Source of the DNA: a virus
IMG/VR virus record: IMGVR_UViG_3300020203_000008
Span: 32,001 to 96,000 of that record
Length of the DNA stretch: 64,000 nucleotides
Strand: one strand, 5' to 3'
Position 1 is the stretch's first letter. Every line of letters begins with the position of its first letter. Shown here piece by piece: positions 36,621-45,300 of the stretch. Below the pieces are notes generated by a model, which saw nothing but the letters and a program-made list of their open reading frames with translations, was not told the origin of the DNA and searched no databases. The position numbers and the translations under genes are program-made.

Positions 36621-37160
36621 ATGGCACGAATTGTTGATGATCCAACCGGTTTCGAGACCTGGAAGAATACGGTTCCCGGTAAGGTTGTAATTAAGCGTAT
36701 GGGCCGCACGGGTGAACTCGTTGATGAGATGATCTCTGGAGAGCGCACTTTTCATATTACGCCCGCAGAACGCCGATTGAATCAGGAGATGGCTGCTGAT
36801 GAGTTTCTTGATTTCTTTCAGAATGGAGTGCTGGTTCCAGTGAAGCTGATTGAATCTGCTGAAGACGTAGAAGCGATTAAGTCTAATCCTAATCTTGTTA
36901 CTGAGGATGAGATGAAGGACTTGATCGAGAATCGTCGTGCGATTAAGGCTTTCCAGGAGCGAGTTGAGTCCATTAGGAATCCGACCGCACTTCAGCGCAT
37001 GCTGGAGCTTGCTAAGGCTGATGACAACGCAACTGTACGGCAGTTAGAGGTTATTGAGGCTCGCTTGAAGCAGGTTGCTCCGTCCCTTCATCAAGAGATC
37101 GAAGTAGTCGACGCCCGCCCAGTGGCATCGGGCACGAAGAATGCTATTTCGCCTCGATAA
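36621..37160 (+). CDS. hypothetical protein
   Basis: AGGAG RBS, 179 aa. Confidence 0.7.
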   Translation: MARIVDDPTGFETWKNTVPGKVVIKRMGRTGELVDEMISGERTFHITPAERRLNQEMAADEFLDFFQNGVLVPVKLIESAEDVEAIKSNPNLVTEDEMKDLIENRRAIKAFQERVESIRNPTALQRMLELAKADDNATVRQLEVIEARLKQVAPSLHQEIEVVDARPVASGTKNAISPR

Positions 37161-37172
37161 AGGAGCTTATTT

Positions 37173-37700
37173 ATGGCGATCGATCTTGCTGATCTCATCG
37201 ATCCGCTGAAGCGCGAAGTGAGCCCACCGGGTACTAACTTGTTCCCAACTGCCGTTGAGGACGAGTGGCTCGGTCAGCTTAGTGATTCCTTCTGGGAAGC
37301 AAAGCTGTTTGGTTTCTTCGGCACATTCACGGAATCGGACGGGCTTGTGCAGCCTATTACCTCTGGTGGTTTAGAGTTTACCCGATCCGAGCAGCAACTT
37401 ATTGTGTTGTTTGCTGGAATTCGTGTAGTTCGTATGGCTATGATTAATAAGAACACCCTATTCCGGGCTCAAGCTGGCCCTGTTGAGTTCGAGACGCAGA
37501 CCTCCGCCAATCTTCTTAATGAAGTGCTGAAAGAATTGCAAGCTAAGATTAATCTTATTTACACAGTGCTGGGCAGTCTTGGGACGATTACTGATGCTTA
37601 CATAGACTCCCTGGCCGAGAGGAATTACAGCATTGGTGCTGGTAATACTGCCTGGTGGAGTGCTGATAACAGCCGTCGTGTTGGCAACAGATATTTCTGA
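37173..37700 (+). CDS. head-to-tail adaptor (putative)
   Basis: Size and synteny. Confidence 0.5.
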   Translation: MAIDLADLIDPLKREVSPPGTNLFPTAVEDEWLGQLSDSFWEAKLFGFFGTFTESDGLVQPITSGGLEFTRSEQQLIVLFAGIRVVRMAMINKNTLFRAQAGPVEFETQTSANLLNEVLKELQAKINLIYTVLGSLGTITDAYIDSLAERNYSIGAGNTAWWSADNSRRVGNRYF

Positions 37701-37710
37701 GGATTGAGTT

Positions 37711-38172
37711 ATGGCTGGGACCGATTCGAGGTTTAACGCTACTCAATTCCGTGATGCCATTCATTTTGCGATGACCATGGGTTTGCCTGACGCGACTTCC
37801 GAACGCATCACGTTACGTTGGAAAAAACGACGTACCTATACGCAGGAAGATGCTGGCAGAAATCCTTTCGACTGGTCGGATTCTCCCGTTACAGATGTTG
37901 CACATACAGATGTCGCTCTGAAGGCAGCCGTTGAGTTCCAGTTTGTTCGTTCTGGCGTAGAGAACAACCCAGTGGGTCAGTTCGAGGCTCCTAATCTGGT
38001 TGTGACTCTTCTTGATACTGAGTATCCCTCGCTTTTCGCCTCAGATGGTAAACGTGCTGACGAGGTTATACTTGATGGTTCTACCTACCAAATTAACTTC
38101 GTAGCTCCTCCCATTGGACTCTTCGATGTAACGGTATATCAAATTTATTGTAGTGGGCTTGACGAGGCATAA
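37711..38172 (+). CDS. head-to-tail stopper (putative)
   Basis: Beta-rich, ADEVILDGSTYQI; synteny. Confidence 0.5.
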   Translation: MAGTDSRFNATQFRDAIHFAMTMGLPDATSERITLRWKKRRTYTQEDAGRNPFDWSDSPVTDVAHTDVALKAAVEFQFVRSGVENNPVGQFEAPNLVVTLLDTEYPSLFASDGKRADEVILDGSTYQINFVAPPIGLFDVTVYQIYCSGLDEA

Positions 38173-38690
38173 TGCAGTATGTTGGTGGTCTTCGGGCGCG
38201 GCTTATCAGGCAATCTGTTTACATGACGATCAACGATGCCCTTTTGACTTTAGATTGGTTCAACCCTGGCCGTAGGCACAAGCCGGTCACTTTTGTTGCC
38301 TATCCAGTAAACCCTGATACTGAAGTCCCTTTTAATACGGCTGCTCTTTCAGATGAGGATATTTTCGAAAGCGAAGATGAGGTTGGCTCACAGTTTGCTG
38401 AGCACCGCTGGACCTTCTATGTGGACTTCTACGCTGAATCTGACGCTTTGGGACTCCACTTTCAGCAGGATGTTAGGGCAATCCTCTCAGGGCGAATGGA
38501 CGCCGTAGGAAGAAACTATCCAAAAGTGGATGTCTATGACTGGACCATGGCAACTCCACCGCTAATCTTTACGGTCCAGATTGAGAATGTGGTGGGCGAC
38601 CGGGCACACGATTTCCCGAAGAGGTACCAACAGCATTGGTACGCAGTGCGGTTCGATGTTGTTGATAACTATGGAAATGAATTCTACTGA
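38172..38690 (+). CDS. tail terminator/completion protein (putative)
   Basis: FYVDFYAESD pattern; synteny. Confidence 0.5.
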   Translation: MQYVGGLRARLIRQSVYMTINDALLTLDWFNPGRRHKPVTFVAYPVNPDTEVPFNTAALSDEDIFESEDEVGSQFAEHRWTFYVDFYAESDALGLHFQQDVRAILSGRMDAVGRNYPKVDVYDWTMATPPLIFTVQIENVVGDRAHDFPKRYQQHWYAVRFDVVDNYGNEFY

Positions 38691-38974
38691 TGCAGCCAGT
38701 CCTGAATGAAGTTTTAGCACGCAGAAGGGATCGAGGAATTGCTATTATGCTCGGTCTTAAAGAAAGGGAATGCGATCAGTTTCTGCCCCGTGAGGTTAGC
38801 GTAAAGCTCCGCAAGGCCGTACTAGATCAGTTTAATGAATTTTACGATCTTTGTGTTGATGTCATCAGATCTCTAGATACCGGCGAAAACATTATCAATG
38901 AACACTACTTGAATAGACTTGAAGAGAAAATTGATGCTATCCACGATAGCTTGCAGCAAGTGCCGAAAGACTAA
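38690..38974 (+). CDS. hypothetical protein
   Basis: 94 aa, coupled. Confidence 0.65.
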   Translation: MQPVLNEVLARRRDRGIAIMLGLKERECDQFLPREVSVKLRKAVLDQFNEFYDLCVDVIRSLDTGENIINEHYLNRLEEKIDAIHDSLQQVPKD

Positions 38975-39765
38975 TGGCGACTAATCCAGCAATTAACTCC
39001 GTCATAACCAGGACCAAATTTGTTCTTTCTGAGCGCATAGCGACCAAAGTCAGGGCTGCTGTAGCTGAGGCAGTCACTAAAGGTGGTGCCAGTGAGAGGT
39101 TGACTCAGTTTGGTGATGGGCTGTCTAGTTCTATTGGCGGCAGAGCAGGGAAGAGTTCTCTTGCTAATGCCCATAGGGACGTAGCTGCTGGAATGCAGCA
39201 GGCGGTCCTTGCTTCTTATGCTCAGAGGGTCACCGCTCGGAAGCGCATTAAGGAACCTTACCGGGTTGGTCAGAATCGATTTTCTGGTGGAGCCTTGCGA
39301 CGTGCTTTGAAGAGCGAAAATATGGTTTCTGCCAATCACGATGGTATTGCTTTTGTTAACAAGGACATCCTGGATGCTGAAGCTAGGCACTGGTATAGAC
39401 TTAACTATGGTGCCGGTGCCAGGGGTGCCACGAACAACGCCAAGTCCTATCGACTAAAGCTTTTCGGTTCTACGATCTCACAGATCTCTGACCCCGGTGG
39501 CCCTAGTGGCGCGTTCAAGATGCCACGAGGTATCTGGGGTGGTAATGAGTCAGCGAAGGGTGCTGGTTTCCCTGCTGGTTTCTATCCAACAGGAGTATCG
39601 CTGGTTGTACCGACACAAGGTATTGCTGCACGCAGATACTTGGATGCTGGTCTGGCGTATCTCGCTAAGAATCTCGGGCCTCGTTATGAAGAACTGCTTG
39701 ACGAGTGGATTGACCAAGCCGAACGAGGTAAGGGTCCATTAAGCAAGACGGTCCATATCAAATAA
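38974..39765 (+). CDS. neck/tail completion-like protein (putative)
   Basis: Basic protein with SGGALRRAL and QGIAARRYL motifs reminiscent of HK97 gp10-like proteins. Confidence 0.5.
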   Translation: MATNPAINSVITRTKFVLSERIATKVRAAVAEAVTKGGASERLTQFGDGLSSSIGGRAGKSSLANAHRDVAAGMQQAVLASYAQRVTARKRIKEPYRVGQNRFSGGALRRALKSENMVSANHDGIAFVNKDILDAEARHWYRLNYGAGARGATNNAKSYRLKLFGSTISQISDPGGPSGAFKMPRGIWGGNESAKGAGFPAGFYPTGVSLVVPTQGIAARRYLDAGLAYLAKNLGPRYEELLDEWIDQAERGKGPLSKTVHIK

Positions 39766-39882
39766 ACGTTCTGCTTGCCGATAGATACTAGGAGCGCAGG
39801 CATTGGAATGCACTGGATACTGAGGTATCCGCCCTGGGATTGAGCTATCGGGTCTGCGGCCTACTATTCAGGAGTTTTGCTA

Positions 39883-41100
39883 ATGGCAATTAAGTCCGGT
39901 TCGATTCTTCACGACTCTCGCGGTTTCGTTGTAGACCGCATTCAGAGTGGTGGAGTTAGCAACCTTAATATTCCTCTAGAGAAGATCTACGAAACTGGTA
40001 ACTACAGTTCCGTGACGACTCTGCGAGACATCCCAGAGCTTCAGTTCGAGCTGGAGTCCCTCGATGTCTCTACGGAGACGGAAGCTCTTATTAACGGCCT
40101 AGACCCAGCGACTGTGACCACTGGCCAGAAGTTGGACTTCATCAACTCGCTACCGATGGACATTGTTTCTCCATTCAAGGCGGGTAACGGGGCGTTCAAC
40201 ATCGTTAAGGGTATCGTTATCCCTTATCTCAGTCTGGACTCGGTTACCTATCGTTTCGGTGTTCGTCAGAACTCGACTCAGACCTTCAGCCTCCGGGGTG
40301 ACTCTCTCTACTACATCCCTGGTACTCCGAAGATCCAAGAGTTCACCATTACTGCTGGTGCTAACCAGGTTTATGCCTTTGCTAACACCGCTATTGCTTA
40401 CACAGAAACTGGTACCACGCTATACGCCCTAAGCGTTTGCGCCAAGAACACCTCCACCGGGATCTTTAAGCGTCTCTTCTTCGGAGACGACTTTACGAAT
40501 ACCCCTGCCAACGTTACCGTCCTTGCTAATCTCTTTACTCAGGGTTACAACAGGCTCCACGTAACCTACGGAACCGCTACCGCTGCAACATATAACAGCA
40601 CGGTTCACCAGGGAGCGACCGTTAAGCCGGGTGCTGTTCGTGGTAAGGACGTATGTGTTTACGTTTCTGATGGTGCAGCCACTCCGACTCTCCTTCGTTG
40701 GACTGGTATTCAGACCTTTGAAGCAACTCGATCGGTGAACCTTGAGGCAGATGAGGAACTCTGTAACACCCACTACGTGTCTTATGACTACGACATAGCT
40801 GAGGTTAAGGGAACCATCGGTCTTAAGCCATTCAATTACACCGATCTGTTTGACAAGATCGCACAGGTTTCTAATGTGAGTACCAGTGTTATTGCTGGTC
40901 CATATTCTTCGGCTGCCCTTGAGATTCTCGTGAAGATCAAGGATCCGGACACTGGTGTAACCCTGAAGACTATCGATATCCCGGACGCTAGGTTCACGCT
41001 CCCGGCCATTCAGCCTCGGGCTAATACCAAGCTAGAGACTACCTTCAATTGGGAGTCTGACTCTGGAACGATGTACGTATACAGGGGTGACAAGCCCTGA
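39883..41100 (+). CDS. major tail (tube) protein
   Basis: 405 aa Thr-rich, strong RBS, upstream of chaperone and tape measure genes. Confidence 0.72.
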   Translation: MAIKSGSILHDSRGFVVDRIQSGGVSNLNIPLEKIYETGNYSSVTTLRDIPELQFELESLDVSTETEALINGLDPATVTTGQKLDFINSLPMDIVSPFKAGNGAFNIVKGIVIPYLSLDSVTYRFGVRQNSTQTFSLRGDSLYYIPGTPKIQEFTITAGANQVYAFANTAIAYTETGTTLYALSVCAKNTSTGIFKRLFFGDDFTNTPANVTVLANLFTQGYNRLHVTYGTATAATYNSTVHQGATVKPGAVRGKDVCVYVSDGAATPTLLRWTGIQTFEATRSVNLEADEELCNTHYVSYDYDIAEVKGTIGLKPFNYTDLFDKIAQVSNVSTSVIAGPYSSAALEILVKIKDPDTGVTLKTIDIPDARFTLPAIQPRANTKLETTFNWESDSGTMYVYRGDKP

Positions 41101-41106
41101 TAATTG

Positions 41107-41122
41107 ATCTACTTCGGTAGAT
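41107..41122 (+). terminator. UUCG hairpin after major tail gene (terminator or mRNA stabiliser)
   Basis: ATCTAC-TTCG-GTAGAT; a second UUCG hairpin at 41178-41199. Confidence 0.45.
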
Positions 41123-41222
41123 AGCTGGTAGAATAAGTGGGTTCATCCGAATCCGCGTGGACTGTGGACGAGGGAAGGTGGGGGGCTTCGGCCCCTCACT
41201 CAACCTCATTTAAAGGAGCAAC

Positions 41223-42047
41223 ATGGCTAAGAGTCGTCAGCTAAGTGACCTATATGTGAGGGGAAAGTCTGTCACCATCGATGATGGCGAAGGTACTCCC
41301 GTAGAGGTTTATATTCGTAAGCTTAATCCCATGGAGCACGAGAAGGCTCTCCGTAAGAGTAATGCTGCTCGTGCTCGCGTCATGGCAGCCGTCAAGGACC
41401 CGGATGGCGACGAATACCTCCAGGTCCAGGGTGATGTTTATGACATGGTACCAACCCAGATTGTCAACTACCTCGTTGAAGAAGGTCTAGATGACACTCG
41501 TCTAGTTGCCGAGGCCGAGGAAGAGAACGAGAAGGAATGGAGTGAGGAGGATTACCTCCAGGGTCTTAGGGATTCTTGGAATGATGTCCTGAGTGGACGC
41601 TTACAAGAAGATCCTGAGGATGCAGAAGCTCTGAGGGTTCTCAAAGAGCTTGAGCGGTTTACTACGAAGGTGGATAAGCGGATTGAGAAGGAACGAGAGA
41701 ATCTCCGTTCCGAGCTAGAGCTTCATTCTATCGAGGCCCTTCGGGAAAAGACCGTCGAGACCTTCCTGAAAACCCGAGCAAACCTTCTTTGGCTTTCCGA
41801 GTTCCGTCGTGCTCAGCTTTGGCTGGCAGTTCGTCAGGTTAATGATCACAAGGCTTACTACTTCACCTCTCGTGATGAGGTAGATGAGCTTCCAGAAGAA
41901 GTGCTCACAATTCTAGTTCGTTCATATGCTGAACTAGAGGTGGACACTCTTGAGGGAAAAGACTCGGAGGAGATCCCGGATTCCTCACCCTCGCCCGAGC
42001 AGGGGCCAGTAGCGGAAACGGTAGTCTCCTCTTCCCTCTCGGAGTAA
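41223..42047 (+). CDS. tail assembly chaperone (G-like)
   Basis: Acidic, between tail tube and tape measure; in-frame G-GGA-AAA slippery site. Confidence 0.8.
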   Translation: MAKSRQLSDLYVRGKSVTIDDGEGTPVEVYIRKLNPMEHEKALRKSNAARARVMAAVKDPDGDEYLQVQGDVYDMVPTQIVNYLVEEGLDDTRLVAEAEEENEKEWSEEDYLQGLRDSWNDVLSGRLQEDPEDAEALRVLKELERFTTKVDKRIEKERENLRSELELHSIEALREKTVETFLKTRANLLWLSEFRRAQLWLAVRQVNDHKAYYFTSRDEVDELPEEVLTILVRSYAELEVDTLEGKDSEEIPDSSPSPEQGPVAETVVSSSLSE

Positions 42048-42304
42048 CAAGTATAGAGGATGTGCCTTGGGATTTAATGAAGGCCATTGAGCATGCTTAC
42101 AGGGTTAATAGTTGGTTTGAACACCTCCTTCCGGAAGAGCAACCCCCGGAGTGGATGTGGCCATACGAGAGCCAGCTAACTCCATGGTTCGAAGAGGTCG
42201 AAAGCAATCGGAAGCAGAAGTATAATGGCGACAGTGGCAGTAGTAGTGGGGGCGACGAAGAAGTTCCTCTAATGGACAATGAGTTGGCTCGCGATAGGCG
42301 TTAA
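41954..42304 (+). CDS. tail assembly chaperone -1 frameshift extension (GT-like)
   Basis: -1 frame is open from GGGAAAA (41954-41960) through ORF 42062..42304 (PPEWMW motif). Confidence 0.8.
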   Translation, partial: GKRLGGDPGFLTLARAGASSGNGSLLFPLGVTSIEDVPWDLMKAIEHAYRVNSWFEHLLPEEQPPEWMWPYESQLTPWFEEVESNRKQKYNGDSGSSSGGDEEVPLMDNELARDRR

Positions 42305-42309
42305 GGTGC

Positions 42310-45300
42310 ATGGCTGATAACAATTTCGAATTTGGATTTACGTTCGACTGGTCTCAGCCAGAGCGCTCTACCGAACAGTTTATCCAAAAGGTCCGACGCG
42401 AGCTACAGCGTCTAAATCAGCTCTCTGTCTCGGGTGGTTCTCCGCTTAAGGGGGTTGAGGCTCTAGACTCGTCTACAAAAAAGCTGCTAGAGAGTGGAAG
42501 GCGCGCGAGCAGCTCTGCTACCGGATCTTCTCCTGCGGGTAAGCTGAATGAACAAGAAAAGGCGCGGGCTAGCGGCTTATCGGCCGAAACCAAAGCTCAG
42601 GGTCAGGCTGTTGAGGCGGTCAATGAGCGCCGTAGAGCCATTGATGCTCAAACTCGTCAGGCTGCACTCTTTACCAAACAAGACGCAGCAAATCTTCAGC
42701 AACTCAAGCGAGTCAGAACCCAGAATGCTCTCACTAGTGAGGGCGCTGTTACTGCCGGTGATAATAAGGCAGCAGGGGAACTCGTTGCCGCTAAGCGTCG
42801 TAGAGCCACAGCAGAACAACAGGCTGCTGAGAATGCAGTAAATCCTGGTGACATTAGGGCTAATGCTGAGCTAGCTTCTTCTAAGCGTCGTCGTGCTCTG
42901 CGTGAGAACCTTGCGGCTGAGCGCACTTATACACCTGCTGAAATCCAGGCAACTGGTGATCTCGTTGCGGCTAAGCGTCGTCGCGTTACGAAGGAACAAC
43001 AGGCTGCTGAGGGGGCTATTACTCCACAGGATAGGCAGGCAAGTGCCAATCTAGCGGCCATCAAGCAACGGCGTGTCGCACAGGAACGTGCGATTACAAC
43101 TCGTCAGACGGCTAGTGATCAGGAACTTTTACGAGCTAATGCCGAATCTGTTGTCAATTCTCGTTTGCGTTCGGCTCGTGAGAAGTCGTTTGTTAATGAG
43201 GCTGCTCTTGGCAAGGGTCCAAATGCTGGAACTGCTGCTACTGCTGCGAAGCTTGATGCAGAGAATGCAGTAAATTCGAAGCGAATCCGCGCCCAGCAGC
43301 AGGCTCTTGAAGAAAAGGCTATTGCGAGCGGTCCTGGTGGTAGGACCGGGTTCGTAAATGAGCAGGCCGGAGCACGATCAAGTCAGGCTCTCCTTAATGC
43401 ACAAATCAGAGCCGAGGCTACGCGTAGGCAGGCAGCTAGTTCTGAATATACTTCGGCGGTTGCTTCCACCGCCATCTCTCAGCGTCGTCTGAAGGCCAAG
43501 GTAGATGAGCAAGTAGCGAAGGCAGTTGTTGGAGATAGCGCGACCCTGCAACGCGAAGCAAATGCTGCTGTAGCTAAGAAAACTGCTGCAAACATTAAGT
43601 CTGCCAAAGTAGCGGAAAAGATTCTTGCTAATCAGTCAGGTGAGCTTGACGAGATTGTTCGTGCCAAGGTCGCTAATAAGCGACTCACTGCTGCTATTCA
43701 AGCTCGTGTTAATGCGGAATTGAAGGCTGCCCAGAACACTAATACGGCACCCGGCTCGGCTCAGGGTGGCGGAACCTTGTTCCAGCGTCTCCAATCACGC
43801 TTTGCTCAGCGAGGTAGTGGGCAGGGGGGGCAGGATCTACGTGCTCCTGAAGAGTTCCAGCGTCTCGGTCAGTTCGTTGGATCTAAGGCTCTTACTACCG
43901 GAGCTTTCGCCTTCTCGGGTGCAGCTCTCTTCGGTGTAGTGAATACAATCCAGGCTGCGGTTGAAGAGGCAAACAAGTTCCAGGTGGTTATGGTTTCCGT
44001 GGAACAGCAGTTGATTTCCACAGATCAGGCTGGTCAACTACCACAGTTCCGTAAGGCTATTATAGACATCTCTAATGAGACGGGGGTTGCAGCCTCCGAG
44101 GTTGGTTCCGTTGCATTCCAGTTGAGGGGTGCATTCGGAGACACGGCTAAATCAGTCGCGGAGGCTAGCGCAGCGATTAAGCTCTCTGTCGTTTCTGGTC
44201 TATCGGTAGGAGATATTACTGATAGCCTTACCGCTACTGCATTGTCCTACAAGACTTCGATTAATTCGATTGGTGACTCAGCCCTTGGTATTCAGGAGCG
44301 TACCGGTGTGCTCGCTAAGGAGACCATCCGATTTGTGGCCGATATTGCTCCGGTGGCTAAGCAGGTAGGTCTTAGCCTCAAAGAGATCACGGCTATTGGT
44401 GCGGTTGCTCAGCAGCAGAGTGGTCGTGGTGGTGCTGCATTAGCTGAAGCCTTTGGTCGTATCCTTCCGGAGGTTCAGAAGAGTGGGTCAGCAATCCTTG
44501 AGTTGTATAACTCCACGCCTGCTCTGGCTGGACGTGTTGGCCAAATAGGTAATGCTCTGTCTCAAGGTAATACGGGGACTGTACTTAAGGCTCTTATTGA
44601 TGATTATGGCAAGCTTGATAGAACTACACAGAACTATGTCGTTACTCTACTCGGTGGTCGTCGTGAAGCTGCTTCTCTTATCCCGGTCCTCCGGAATGCC
44701 AGTAAAGTAAACCAACTGATTGCCCAATCGTCTACTGATGCAGGTAAGACGCAGGAGTATTTTGCTAGGGTTCAGAGAACCCTTTCGACTGAGGTTCAGC
44801 GCATCACTCGTGAGTTCCAGAACTTCATCGGAACGCTACTGCGTGCGGGCCTTTCGGACATCTTGAGGGATGTCCTCATCGTGGGAGGGCTTCTTCTCCG
44901 TGTTATCGGTGGGCTGGCCCGTACCTTCCAGTCCCTTAATGAGGTTCTTGGTGGCTTCCCGGTAAAGATTCTCGCCGGAGCGGCAGCAATGGCTTTGCTT
45001 CTTAAGAGTGCAAGAGCTTTGGGTGGACTAAACCTTGTTCAGTCTCTCGGTGGATTCTTTGGAATAGGTTCTCGGGCTGGTGGCCTAGGTGGAGTCCGAG
45101 GAATTGCCGGTCGTGTCGGTAACTTCTTTGGAGCTTCTTCTAATGCTGCACAATCTCAGCGTGCTGCTGCTCAGTCTGCTTCTGCGGCTCGGGGTACCCA
45201 GTTCTCTTCGCTGCTCGGACTCAATCAGGGTGGACTTCAACAGGCTCCGTTAGGTGGCCGACTTGGTGGGATAAACCAATTTGTTCGCGGTCAGTCCAAC

